Assembly (NCBI GenBank): GCA_043228905.1
Contig: JBHGNT010000011.1
Location: 20,522,001-20,586,000 of the forward strand
DNA length: 64,000 bases
Source: Azolla caroliniana
Taxonomy: Eukaryota > Plantae > Polypodiophyta
Reading direction: 5' to 3'
The notes under the pieces are model-generated. The model worked only from the letters and a program-made list of their open reading frames with translations. It was not told where the DNA came from and ran no database searches. Positions 26,371-44,951 of this stretch are shown here, one piece after another. Both the position numbers and the translations under genes were made by a program. The first letter of the stretch is position 1, and each line of letters begins with the position of its first letter.

Positions 26371-27400
26371 TGTAATTCATTACAAAACGAATTGCGTGTT
26401 TCTTCTCGAGTGTTGTTTTGGCATGGGAAAGAGAAGTTGAGATCTCAATTCAATCGTTTATTTCGATTGGGGATTGTACATTTGGAAGATGTGGTTGATA
26501 ATGAATCTCAAAGGTTGTTAGATTTTGAAGATGCCAAGAGATGGTTATGTATTCCCCCAAATTATGGATTTATTTGGGAGAAATTACATGATATACCATT
26601 GTTGCAAGGATCTTTGCCATTGAAAACCAATTTTGCACCTTGGCTAGATTGGCGGTTACAAGATAGTACACGCTTGTTACAGGTCACTACAAATATATTG
26701 TATCATCATGCGATGACATCATTATCTTGGCTATGTCCTAAAGCAACAAAGGTGTGGAATGTATGTAAGTCAGATGCAAGGTGGTGGACAATATTACAAC
26801 GTGGTTGGCATTCCCATATACCATTTCGTGCAAAGGTATTCATATGGAGAGTCATGATTGGTGGGCTCCCATTAGGTTTGGCCTTAAAGAGACGAGGACT
26901 AGGGTTCAGGCACTTGTTTCTTTTGCATTGTTCCATTGGAGGATAGTACACATAGGTTTCATTAAATGTCCTATATCATGTACCATTTGGAAGTACTTAT
27001 CAGACATTTGGCAAGTTTTAACCCGTTGTTGTTTGAGACCTCAACAATGGGTTTTTTCTCAATATGTTCAAAATGGATCAAATGATGAGATGGAGATATT
27101 GTTCCAATTTTTATGTTATTGGGGTCTACAACACAATTGGAATATGCATAATGCTTTCATATTTGATAATAGACATGGGGTGAAAGCCTATATAAAGAAG
27201 CTTAAAGGTATTCTCATGTGGAATTTTTGGATGTTAGAGCATGTGGGGATCATTTCCTCAAATGCATATTCAGGTTTTTTAGTAGCATTACAAAACGTCC
27301 CTCTCCCTACATAGGCATACGATAAGTATAGGAGACTAAGAAGTGTTGTAACTAAGTGGATTTTACATACAATTAATATAATTGTGTGCTTTTACCAAGA
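26367..27400 (+). mobile_element. 5'-truncated, frameshifted LINE (L1/Tx1-like) ORF2 C-terminus with zf-RVT domain
   Basis: W...WHSHIPFRAKVFIWRVMIGGLPLG, then (frameshift) GTCFFCIVPLEDSTH, then (frameshift) FIKCP...IWKYL...WNMHNAFIF, which is the zf-RVT/CCHC signature. Stop at 27314. Confidence 0.8.
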
Positions 27401-30133
27401 GAGAGAGACAGACAGACAGACAGACAAACAGAGAAGAGATAGGAAATAGAGTATTTTGCATGATTCAAAAAGCCATTTGGATTGGAAAGAAAAAGACCCA
27501 TTAAATGAAGGGACAATTTTTTGGAAGCAACATTAACAATAGAGATGAATTTATGCAATGACTATCTTCACCTCTATCATTAAGTAGCAAGAGATGATAA
27601 AAACATGCATAGATTCAAAATATTTGGCGATGAACTTTGTTTGAGAATTCGATTAGTTATGATACTTGGAGGTCTTCATACAAATTTCTTTGCTACCTCG
27701 CAACAAACCAAATGTTTAATGTATAGTCATCTTATACGCATGCCTCATGATAGAGGTGTTAAATTGAAGGTAGCATGATAGGTGGCCATATAGAGTTACA
27801 CGGGTAGCATAATATGCTAGCTAGCATAATGATGTTTACCAAGTTCAATCAAGAATGGAACGCTTTCTTTTTTTGTTTGAGCGGTTCCACTCAGATAGAT
27901 ACATTTTGATAGAAGTAGACGGAAACCCAATCGACAAAGGGAAGTGGTTTATCGACAAGAAGACCATTGATAAACTGGAAGAAGACGGATGGTTTTTCTA
28001 GCTGAAAACTATCTATCCAATGCAAAAAAAGGGAGACTAATGGATGTTTAAGAATGTATATTCAACATGGACTATTTGTCAAAAGGTTTGTTCGTGAGGA
28101 AAAAGGGGAAAACAAGTTGAAAAAGACTAAAGACTACAAAAACGCCGGAGAGATGGTTGGTAAGAAGATCGCTCTAGTATAAAGATCTTGGTTATTACAC
28201 CAATTGATCATGTACCACCACCGATATACATCCAAACAGGCAAAAAGGGAACTTTGTTGGAACAAGCTTTTATTCATGTTAACACAATAGTAAGAACTTT
28301 GACCTCTTATATGTCTAATGTGTTTTTGTAACCTACTTTTGGCACTTTATATAGTGTGCCGGGGTAGATGGGTCTCTCCTCTTATGAGTTTTGACCATGG
28401 AAAAGTATAATATACATTGCCATCTTCATGCACATTTGTTTTGTAATATCCAACCTTTAGGGGAAATATTTTCCTTTTTTGCAAAAGCAACTTTTTCTAC
28501 ACATTAAATCAAAACTTATCATAAATTTGTATTTTTACCACACGCTCTTCATCAAGAGAGTCAGTGTATCCAATGCTTTAATATGTACGTTGGCGTGTTC
28601 GAGTATTATAAAAATATTATTTTGACATAAATAAAAGTATTGCCTTTAAATACGTTGAGTTCTTTGCAAGGCATCATAACTGATAAAGAACTTTAGGTAA
28701 ACATGTCTTAAAAAAGTCGAATATCACGATATGGTTGATGGGAGCACAAATTATATTTATAGATCAACGATGGTCTCGTCACATCTAGTGGACACAAAAG
28801 GCAAAGTTTGCTTTTAGCAAAATCTTTCCTTTACATTGTGGTATCTATAGTACAATAATCATCATATAAAATTCTTGCCTCAAACGGTTGGTTTTGTGCA
28901 AGCCAACTTTTGAATCCATTGCTATCTCAATATAATGGCTTTATAAATCCTTGCCTTACCACGGTCCATTATCATATATTAGAGGTTGGATTATGAGCAG
29001 ATGAGATATATCCTCAATAAAGATGTTTACGAAACACACCATGGAGAAAGTATTGCAAATCAAAATGATGAGATATCCAATGTGTATTGTATGACTAACA
29101 AATTGTAGTATAGGAAATGTAAATATGTATAGTTGCAGTACAACTTACAAGTAAGTTACCATAGTTGTGTTCCCATATAACTTTGTTGTAAAAGAGTAGG
29201 TGGGATAATTTTATTGTAAGTGAGGGGGTGGGGATTATGACATGATTTGTGGGGGGGGGAGGACAATGTGAGTTTTGCTGAATTTGTTGATGTTCTTGGA
29301 GTTGTTGTATATATCGATCCCTCTTAGGTTAGTCCATGTGGATCTTAATGTTTGAACTTTGTTGTATTTTGTTTGCTAACTAATGTGAAGACTGAAGTAG
29401 TGTTTTTTTTCCAAAAAAACAAACTCAACTAAAATAACATTACCATCATAAAAAATAACTTCCATGTTTAAATTGATGTACAATAACCATTCTCACTTTA
29501 AAGATACCTATCCAATGAAAATTACCCCAATTAGTAGTTGAAAGGTTTACCATACAACTGCATAAATATGGAGCAGTAAGGAGTGTGCTAAATGCTTTGA
29601 AGCCTTAATGAACACTCAAGCAATGAGTCTCAATTGATTTCATTATAAGGTTGGAATGCTTATTTTTCTATTTGAGATCATGTACATTAATAGTTCTGTC
29701 CTTATGATATGGCTTAAAAATTCCACCTACAAATATTATCCTCTCAATCACATGTACTCTCATCACTTCTAGTCCGTCGTCCCCCTTACATGAGAAGTAA
29801 TGTGCACAAATTAGTTTTTCATGTTTTTATTAATTCCCTTCATTCACATGCAATTTCTTCCCACACTACATTTGTGCCTTCTTTCCAATTTAACACGGAG
29901 CATTTTAGAAGTTTGGAATTGCCTATTTCCTTATGTAAGTTATATGTTTGCAAACATGGAACACTTTCACAAGAATGGTTTGCGTCAATGCATGTGATAC
30001 AAAACTTTAGTTTTATGTTGTTTTTCAATATGAACACCATAGTTGGTATAGTAAATTTGGAAGGTGAACTTCATGTCTTTACTCCTAACTCTTCAGCTTT
30101 ATGCAAACAATATCTCTAGATTTCTATAGCTTC

Positions 30134-30858
30134 TTTTTTTTTTTTTTTCAAAATGAAGCTACTTTCCCATTAGTTAGGAAGGATTATTACATAGAGAGTC
30201 TACAAGGAGACTTATACACACATCGAGGAGTCTTCCTCCGATCAAGTAAAAGAAGATCAGCCTACTTACAATGCCTTGCGACCTAACTTACTGTAAGAAG
30301 CTACCTATATCTAAGGCGATGGCCTTCAATGTTGCCTAGTACGAGTTGGCTCTTGGGGTCTACAACGAAGAGAGGGTGACAGGTGAGTAGGAAACAACCA
30401 ACGGGGGGGCTGGTAATTCCACCTCGGGCCACTCTCGCCTTGCATCACCATAGGTGTGTTCCTCCATTTCTGCCAAAAGCGCAACCGGGCAGAGATCACG
30501 TCGTTGGAGTGGTTGCAAATCTCTTCCAATTGCCCTCGTAGGCAGCTGATAATCGCGGACCATATGTCCATGATCACTTCCTCCGGGGGTCGTACCGTAC
30601 CTTGGAAAACCTTGAGGCAACGCGCTTTCCATATGTACCACAAGGTGAAACCTGCAATCAGCATCCAGATTTCTGGAAACCTAGGGGATGCGGGTTGCAA
30701 GCCTCTTTTGAAACGGATCTTGACGATTTTGCCTCTCGTGCATACATAGCACCAACTATCCGTATTGACGGTGTCCGTCCACCCTTTGACCAATCCATGC
30801 CGCAGCGCTCCACGAGGCTGTTCCTTCAACTTCACATGCCGCAAGGAGGCGAGTCACT
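30134..30858 (-). mobile_element. 5'-truncated LINE 3' end with poly(A) tail
   Basis: A GC-richer block encodes IWMLIAGFTLWYIWKARCLKVF (the LINE ORF2 C-terminal 'LWxIWKxRN' motif). It is followed by a 3' UTR and a 15-nt poly(A), seen as T15 at 30134-30148 on +. No clean TSD was found. Confidence 0.78.
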
Positions 30859-32619
30859 CTATCCTAGATCTTTTGAGCTTGAGGGCAATCCCACAGACAA
30901 TGTCTCAGAGTCTCAATACAAATGACATACATCCCACATCTAACCTTTGGCACACCCTATTATGAAAACTTCCCTACCCTTAAGCTAAGCTCTGAGTGGA
31001 CCACTTGCTTCATTCTTCTAGTCAACGAACTATCTCAACCTCCTCGTTATTCCCAACTCAACCCCGCATATTTTTCTTACCCAAAACGCGACATGCACCC
31101 TAATTTCCTACTCCTTTATGCTCATACCTCAAGCAAATTGACTATAGCTAATGACCCCTTGCCACACTTGGTGATACTAGGAGTATGCCCTCATTAGGTT
31201 GGGGGAACATCAAGTGATTGTTAGACATATTCCTATGGGAGCAAAAATCTCACTATAGTCAATGTCAAGGGTTTATGCATAACTCTTGGCAATTAGTATG
31301 GTTTTCTAATCATTGATGGAGTTACAAAGTTTGCATATTCATCTTCATTCAACCTATAAAATACATACAACATATTGGATCTCTTCAATGCATATGCCTC
31401 GAATCTTCTTGAACAATGACGCAAAGGTAATACACAAGCAACAATTTACCATGTAAACATTTAGATAACTAGACAAGTAGTTCTTACACAATGAAAATTT
31501 GATAGAATAAAATATATGTCATGTGTACGAGAGGAGAACACCAAAGAGCACTACTAATCAATATGTTAAAACATGCATTCGTCAATCATATTTGTGGGTC
31601 CTTTCTTTTTTACCCATAAAAATATCCTCCATTGGTATTAACATAAAATGGCCCAAGGCAATATACAAAATAGTCCACTGTTACAAAGAAAATTGCAACA
31701 TAATTAACTAGAGAAGTATTGAACGCTTGTGTAGCTTTAGCAGTCTCAACAACACTGGGTTCAAAAAACCCCATCTTTTTACAAACTGAATATGGATTTT
31801 TGGGCGTTATCAAAGTAGTTATGCCACCTATATTGCTCAACATCTCTTCTATTTTGATGCAAATTGATAGCGTCATATGTCACATAATGCCTCTCCCTGC
31901 AATTTGAATACAACTTTGCCAATGAGTTCCAATGTTTGCTGTCAAAAAATTTATGTTGCTGCTAGCAACATGTAGAGCCTGGAACCAAAGTGATATAGAT
32001 TTTCACAGTTTTCTTCCCCATCATCTACAACAAAGAAAAGAGGAAAACACTCTCCAAATCTGAAAATTAATAAACACATAAACAATCTCCCTTTCACTCC
32101 CTAGAAATGCTTCATCCTCCATTAAAATCCACCATCTCTTCCACAATGTTTGTGGGTCCTTTCTTATCGATTGACCTCCATTGCTTTCTTTGAATTAAAA
32201 CGTCCTCAATATGATTCTTCCATAGGGTGAAGTTTGTCTTGTCAAACTTTCAAGTTGCCAAACCTCCTATCTCTCTCTTGACCTTTTCTCAAAGTAATTT
32301 GTGAACCCTAACGAGATATAGAATGAAATCAAGTATTGGAACCTTGTGTTTCATGTACTTCATATCCATTAAGTTTAAAGTAGTTATAAAGACTTATTTT
32401 TATTGGAAGTTTCTCTATTTTATTCCATATATGTGTGTAATCATGCTTTTCACTAGCATGACATAACAAGCATATGAAAAGCATACGAACTTGTAGTTTA
32501 GTGAGATTGATTTCACTTAGGAAAAACATCACCTAGATTTGTAAGTAATAACTAGAATATCCCTATGTAGTACAAAATCTACTTCTACGTAGAGGCAATT
32601 TAGAATTATCATGCAAGAG

Positions 32620-32780
32620 TTTTTATTCATATTGCCCAATTATATTACTCTTCGAGTTTTCCCTAAGGGGCCAACACGACTCATATATTGGAGTTTTGCG
32701 TTTTTATTCATATTGCCCAATTATATTACTCTTCGAGTTTTTCCTAAGGGGCCAACACGACACATATATTGGAGTTTTGC
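32620..32780. repeat. Near-perfect 81-bp tandem duplication
   Basis: TTTTTATTCATATTGCCCAATTATATTACTCTTCGAG...GGAGTTTTGC occurs twice. Confidence 0.93.
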
Positions 32781-34168
32781 CCTTCTAAGGGTTACTATAA
32801 AGTCCTAAGGGGCGACCTTCTTTACGATGAGCTAAGGGATTAGAGGACTTCACTCCCTAATGGCACAGACCAATTCATATATCAACACATAAAAACACTT
32901 ACCTCTCCACTCCATGTAACCGTGGAAGCCGCAAAAGCTTCATATGTTGATCTAAATTGTTTCTTATATAGTAATTATCTTTTTTATTAAGACTAACGTA
33001 TTACTTGTATCGATTAGGTGTCTATATAAGAAACCATATTTCTTATATAGTAATTATCTTTTTTATTAAGACTAACATATTTCTTAATTAGTGTAACGAT
33101 TAGGCAAAAGTCTCTAATACCATGTAAAAGTACAAAGAAGGCACAAGATAGAAAAAATAAACTCTATAAAGAACTAATAACAATAATATAAATCAAGTTA
33201 TACCCAACACCTCATTGCTCTACCATAACCAATGGCAAATGCATCACCCTTCTTGTTGTGGGTTCTTGTTCACACTTGAAAAAACACTTACCGAATGTTT
33301 TCTCAGAAATTCCAGGCACGTGACTAGACAAACACATGTTCTATATGTAGAACACATATCCATGTAGAGTATTGGTAAATGTCAAACTTATTAGAGGTTG
33401 CAAACATTCATAAGCTTCATATCCCATGTGGAACTATATGAAAAGACAAAAGTTTCGAAACATGAGGTAAATGGGTATTTTTGAAATACAAAGCATTTAA
33501 GTGGGCCTGTATTGTGTGCAAAGTGTGATTCCAAACAACCGTTTCGTGAATTTTTTTTCTTAAGTGAGCGAAAAATATATGGCGATTGTGTCTTTCAAAA
33601 TATGGCGCATATAATCCCTAACAAATGCATGCACTATATGCAGAGTTTGACGCCAACCAATTTTACGTCATAGGTTCTTTTCTGACAAAGAGAAAAACAT
33701 GTCCTAATAATAGAAGTACAAAGCATGCGATCAAGCAAAGATTTCCCAGGCGATGCTCAAATGGTGTATGGAGAAGAAATGGGAGGGAGACCTTTGTAGA
33801 AGGAGAGACTTATGGGCGAAACATAGGGGTTCTGGAGCATGGCTTATCGTCATCAGCTTTCTCTCTTGCCTTGTGATTGATGGACCGACGATTTTGATGA
33901 GAGAACGCCACAACCCTCCTCTGCCACAACGGGCTTCCTTGATAAATCGAGAGACAATAAATCAAGAAACAACACACACATAAAAACACTCGGACACACC
34001 CGCCCGCCTGCCCGCCCAGGGCAAGGAAGCTCCGAAGAGGTGGGTGGTTTTGAATAATGGTTGCTATGACGGATTAGATTGGATTGGATTGGGCAGGTGT
34101 GAAACCAAAAGAAGCGGACTTCCAATGTCGACACTATGTCCACCACGACTGACCGACTGACTATATAC

Positions 34169-34238
<70 letters not shown>
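34169..34238. repeat. Compound (CA)n(CT)n microsatellite just upstream of the RBX1 start
   Basis: Read directly. It follows a TATATA at about 34162 and ends about 33 bp before ATG 34272. Confidence 0.95.
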
Positions 34239-34242
<4 letters not shown>

Positions 34243-34271
34243 GTCCAACGCACTAACACAGACGCAGCGCC

Positions 34272-38628
<4,357 letters not shown>

Positions 38629-41600
38629 AAAAGGATTCTTGATTCTGGGGTCGATTGGGAGTCTTGACCGTGCTTTTTTCTTAAAAACTCTAGCCTTATT
38701 ATGGAAATGTAAAAAGCATGATATCCATACATAAGCTGGCATCCTCTACATCATGGTTCTCTTGCAATGTCTTGAATGTTTTTTATTCAAGTCATGGATC
38801 ACAATTCACTACAAAATTTGGTATTTTCTGTTAATTTTCTTCTAAAAAAAGCTAAAATGCACAATCCATTTTTCTGGAAGTATCATCTAGTGGGCCAATG
38901 TAATATCTCACGTCAATCATTGGGTGTTTTGACATTTTTTTGACAGATGAGGGTTTTCAAATTTAAATACAGATTCTCAGTTTTTCAAAATCATATGTAT
39001 AATATTATACATATGTGTGATTATATGGGTATAATCTGTATATGTATATGCTTTTTCTTGCAATTGTAAGAAGTTTATTGAGCCTCAGTTTGAGACTGTT
39101 GCGAACTTTTGAGGTTCAATTCATTTAACCCAAAATATGTTCAAAGTTGAGCATTGGTAGCCTTGGTGTATCAATATAAAGCATAGCTAGGATATCTGCT
39201 GGACAGTGATGGATTATTTTCCAATTCAGTTTCCAGAGGTAAATCATGCACTTTTGACTGATCTCATTTTCCCTATATTTTCTTTCTACACTTGGTAGAC
39301 ATGAACAATGACATATTTTGCTTATTTTATAACATGCTTTCTTTGATATGAAGCATAGCTAGGATATGTGCGAAATGAAGGTGATGGATGATTTTCCAAT
39401 TTTCTTCCTTGAGGTAAAGGGTGTGTGCTTTTATCCGTGATTTTCCCTATGTTTTCTTTCAACTTCTTCTGTTCTTCAAAAATCATTGGTTTGGTACATT
39501 GTAATTCAGTTCATTTTTTATCTTTTTAGTTATTGAATCCCATAAGATATATTATGTTTGTGTCATGGTTTTGTTTCTATTTTTAGCCCATTTCCAGCAA
39601 CCAATTCGACCACTTTAAGAATATTCCATGAGAACTCAAAAAATAGCACAAGCTTTGAAAATTGAACTCTTCTATAAAACAGCCAGAAAATGCACTAAAT
39701 TATCAAATAACCAGGTAAAACAAGTTGCACCTAGTTGATGCTTACCAGAACTCATGCCAAGTCATGGTTTTTTTCTTTACCATGGTTTTTGAATCATTCA
39801 CTACTCATATGTTCATAGCTGTATTATTTTCTACCTCCAAGTCATGTTTTTTTGGCATTATGGTTTTTTGAATTGTTCGTTACTCATATGTTGGTAGCCA
39901 TATTATTTCCACCCTAACTAACCATTTTTCTCTAGGTTACTTTGAAGTTATGTTAGTTTTTTGTGGTTATAGTATGTTATGGTCTCTTCATTGCGATATG
40001 AACCATTAGTTCTATGATATGAACAAGAACATATATTTAGATTGATTCTCTATTAAGTTAATGAATATATAATTTGTGAAGTGATGTATAAATTCTATTG
40101 AGGGAGTTTAAAAAATAAGCCAAAGTAGAGATTTGCTTGAATGGATGTGAAAGGAGGAAGTTCAACCTGATTATTGTTTATCTGTAACTGTGAGAACTCT
40201 TTCCAAAGGAAAACTATATCATGTTCAATGGGCAACTGCAAGGACATTAATAATGTTCAAGGGTTTTTGTCAATAGAGATTGCTATTTTAGTTGTAAACT
40301 TGTATGCTTTATGGTTATGATTTGCTATTATACATGAAAAGACACGGAAATTGTTCATGAAAATTTGAATGCCTAATGAATATATGGGTTTTCTCAACTT
40401 GGTTAAATACATCAGATTTATTAATGTTGGGTTTCAAGAAAATGCTACATGGTTTATGAGTCATGAAATTGTTGTATGGTCCATGATCCACAGACACAGC
40501 CAAACATGTGAGCATGCGTTGGATCATAAATGGGTAATGCAGTGATATGATATATGGAATTATGCATCATGAAAAAGTTCTTACATGGTTCTCTAATTAT
40601 GTAGAAATGCTGCACCCAATCACTAAAATTATGTAGATGTAGACATGAAAAATGGAATTGCATAAGAGTTTATTACATTATATGGAAAAGCTCTCTAATA
40701 ATTGTTTACAAGAAGATGATGTGTATTTGTTCACTGAATTTGAGGTCAAGATTATATTGCAGCACCATAATGCATAAACACATTCCCCACTCAATGCTAT
40801 ACATAAATATCAATGACATTCATATAGATGGTCATATACATCCATCAACTTACGCATTTGTTCCTTTCCTACAATCATCAACATTGCCATCATAAACCTT
40901 CATTAAACTAAGTGATGGGTTTGTCTCTTTCGTAACTTCTCTTATCGTTTATATTAGTCCCACATATATGTGTGTGCTTCTCCTAAGGAAAAAGGGGTGA
41001 AGAAAAATATGTGCACGTGCTCGAAAGACCTCTTTGGCAAAAAGAAATAAAAATCTTGTAAGGGCCAAAATATTGTATGAGACCAATGAAACAATGTTTG
41101 TGGTAACAAGGGAGACATGGTAAGTAGAATAGAATTGGGATGGCATTGTAAATAATAGTACACCTAATAAGATTTGGCCAAGAGTTCAATAATTCTAATA
41201 CAAAGATAAGGGGAGCTTGTCTTGTAAGATCTCACATGTGTTTCTCCAAAATGATATCAAATTATCCATGGTAGATAATTGTTCAAGTTATCTAGAATCT
41301 TGTGATGAGTATCCTATGATGATGGTAAGAGTTATAACAAGAAGATTTCTTGCACTTTTAACTCAAAATTATGTAATGTTCTTGCAATTGAATAAGCATC
41401 ACATCAAAACAATTAAGATCTCCAATAAGACATGGTTAACCTTCATTCGATTTGTTGAACACCACCAATTATGTCAAGTGTATGAATCATTAAATATGCA
41501 TACAATGTAAGGTCCTCAGATCTTGATTATGGACATTGGTAAGGAATAAGGATTGGGATTTTTGGAGTAGAATATCCTCTATTTAAATCTTGCACATTGC

Positions 41601-43837
41601 AAAGTTTGTGGTGTCAAACTTCCTTGTAGCCAAGAGATTGGCAGGCATTGTACCTTCCAATGTCTAAATTTGAGTTGATGTGGAGGAGTGGGAAATTGCA
41701 AGAGAGTTAAGGAGGGGAATTTTGGTAGGAAAGGTCATACACATTTTGAAAGACGACAAAATCTTCTTATGCAAATCTTTCGGGCTTATGATACCCATGT
41801 TGTTGCAACCATAAGGCAATGTTGTAAATAGGACAGGTTGTAACTTGTTTGTTTATTGACACACAATCAAAGTTTTGTGCTTCATCTTAGAGACAAGCAA
41901 ATAGAAATAAGGTATGATAACAACCGGTCTTCTAAGAACAATACCTTACCATAGTTAATATCTACTAATTTAAAAGAAGTCGCAAAAGATGCCACAAGAA
42001 AAAAGATAAAGGAAATTTTGTCAATGTCTAAGGCTTGAGGGAAAAAAGGATGATGAGGAATATTTAATGACAAGGCAGAAAAAAGGTGTTTAATGATGTG
42101 TCACATTTTTAATGATGAAGTACAATGAGGTTTAGAATACACTTATCACCATTAGATAGAATAGTCATGTTTGCGTAGACGTGTTCTTGGTTTGAAACAT
42201 TGAAGGTCAATATACTATATTATATTTCTTTTCTTTTTGTCTTCAAATTAGGAGAACTTTGTCAATGATTGTTTATCTTCGAAAATTAAGATACAATCAG
42301 GTGACCAAGGGGAACATGAATCGACGAGGAAGAGGACAAACCATAGTCATTAAAGAAGCTCTAGAGAACCGACGTGATATTGAGAATAAGTGGTACTAGA
42401 GTTAGAAGGCAAGTTATTTCTTTGAGTCTATCTTCTCCCCTCCTAATGCAAGCATGCATATTCCGATCCATTTTCTAAGACACATCAAGTGCATGTGTTT
42501 GAAAACTTTGATAAGACATTGAACTTTGATAAGGCATTTGAAAATCGAAATTACATTTTAAACATTGAACTTTTCTAGGAACATCATTTCAACTTGGCAA
42601 TGTAAGTTTCTTCTTCTTTCAATATAAACATATGTATAAGATACTTTGTATTACTGATCATACAAAGAAATATGCATGTACTACTTAGGAAACGAATTGG
42701 ATCAATGCATGATTTAGTATGAAAGCATCTCCTTTATACATCGTGATATGAATGAGTTTGGAAGCTCCTCAAAATTCACTACTCACAGACAATGTTGCAA
42801 TGTACAAGGTTTTGGTCAAAAGCGTTGTGAAAATATCTTAAAAGCTCATTAAAATATTTGCAAATTTAATTTGAGAATATTGATTCTAATGGGCGGTTCG
42901 TGTTAAAACGACTCTAGAATATTAATGCTATTCAACAAGAGAAGGAAGAAAACGACAACATAACAACAATATCGATATTATCTTAAGGATAAGGACTCGA
43001 GAGACACATATGTACGAGGAAAGGCCGGCAAAGATCAAAGCAGTCCCGATGGAAAGCTTGAGTGACAACACGGGAGGAGGAATGGTCATGATGACATTAA
43101 TATAAGGCAATCAAAGTATGTGTTCACACACAAAGCACAAAACCTTGTCCGGAGTCCCAAGGCCATTCAGGGGGGACATTATATTGTAGTAACACGAGTC
43201 CGGACCGACCAAATGGTCATGATTCATGATCATGGTGGGTAGGAAGGCTTCCTCACATTCAATTTTCAGAACACAAGAGTTTGTTCACCTATACATACAT
43301 ATGTATATACAACAACCCCCCCCCCCCCAAGTCATTTGCACAACTAATTCCCCTGCTCCACTATACAGACTACTAATCTTCTCATATACTAATACTAATA
43401 CTATATACTTTGCTAACTAATGCGAAGTAGTGTTTTTTTGGAAAAAAATAAAATACTATATACATGGCAATTGCTAAGAAGAAGAAGAAGCAGCTAAATT
43501 TGGGGATGACTCTTCTGCCGCTTCAGCAAATGAATTAGGTAGCCTTTTCCTTTCTCTCCTCTACAGCCCTTTCATCTCTTCCTTCTTTTATTTTGATTTT
43601 AAAATTTAATCCCCTGCGAGAAGAAGCTTTAGCTCTGGCGGACCCCCCCCCCCTTCTTCTTCTTATTCTTCTTTCTCATAGTAGAATCTGCTCACCTTTC
43701 ACTCTCACTTTTATTTTAAGCGTCAACTACTCTGTGTCTTTTCTTCAAAAAAATTTATACTCCCCCATGCACCCGTTAAGAACCCACATTTTGTTTTTCT
43801 TGCATGTCATCTCGTTTCCTTTCTCTTTCCCTCCCAT

Positions 43838-43872
<35 letters not shown>

Positions 43873-44951
43873 TTATTACAGAGTCTTAAACTTTAGGTTC
43901 TCAGAGGTACCCATTAGCTTATTTAACTTTTCGTCCCTTTTTTGTGTTAAGGGTCCAATTTCCTTGTAATAGAGTAATCATAATATAATCAAGAAAACAA
44001 GATGAGGCAATTGAGAAGAATGGATTTTTAGAGCAATCGGATGAAATCTCTCCTTTATATTTCTCTTTGATTTTGAGGTAAGTTTTTTATAGTGTAATTT
44101 AAGGTTTTATTTTTGTGAAATCAAGGAAGTTTGAGAAGAAATTGTTTTACAAATGAAGGAAGTGGGATGAGATGATACCAGTTTGCATCAAGATATGATC
44201 ATTTAAGGGCAAAGATTTTTCGATCTTGAGGTAAGATTATTATATATATGATGTTAAGAAGAATTATTTTCAATCTTGAGATAATTTTGTTTTTGGTTCT
44301 TGTTTTGCTAAATGCATGAACTTTGAGGAGGCATTATTCTTATTCACATGGATTGGGGTTCAATGAGATCATGTTAATTCGTATGCTAGTGTATAGTACC
44401 ATGTTATTATTATTAAGTCAGTGTAAGATTGTTTTGAGCATTATTTGTTAAATACATGAGGTTTGAGCTGTTTTTCTAAACATTAAAGAGGGGCCAATAA
44501 CAGTGGGAAGAAAGATATTGTCAGGTATTGTGAGACCAAGACACATCTCGAGCAAATGGGACTATCTCTAAACCTTAATATAGGTTTACTTCATCTCTTG
44601 CAAGGGGAATCTTGTTATCTTAGTCATTTTCTCATTGTCACCTCAGTTTTGTGACATGACATTATGCACCATTTAAAGACTTGATGATTTTCTTATTTAA
44701 AACTATATAAATGAATCACATAGTATGTGAGTTGAACCTGTGCCAATGATGATCAATGAATGCATGATGTATTGCACCAGGATAATTACATTGAAATCTA
44801 TTTACCTATCATTCTATTTAGCATATAATAGATCAATAAATATAGGATTTGCTCTTGTGGTTCCTTTGGTCACCATATATTGCTGTTGGTCGAATCTCAT
44901 TGGGACTCACTGTTTTGAATGACATAGGGCACACCCGAATTTACATTGGAG

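Noticed and set aside
30111-30882. TSD for the minus-strand LINE (TATCTCTAGATTTCTATAGCTT vs TATCCTAGATCTTTTGAGCTT)
   Set aside because: Too many mismatches for an element with an intact poly(A) tail, so it may be chance.
39170-39910. Diverged short duplications 3' of RBX1 (similar ones at 4910-4950, 32959-33080, 56070-56107 and 61350-61515)
   Set aside because: Ordinary local duplications with no sign of function.
43440-43540. TWQLLRRRRSS as the canonical FPP N-terminal exon
   Set aside because: It has no in-frame ATG, is followed by a stop, and has a donor phase incompatible with the 44927 acceptor.
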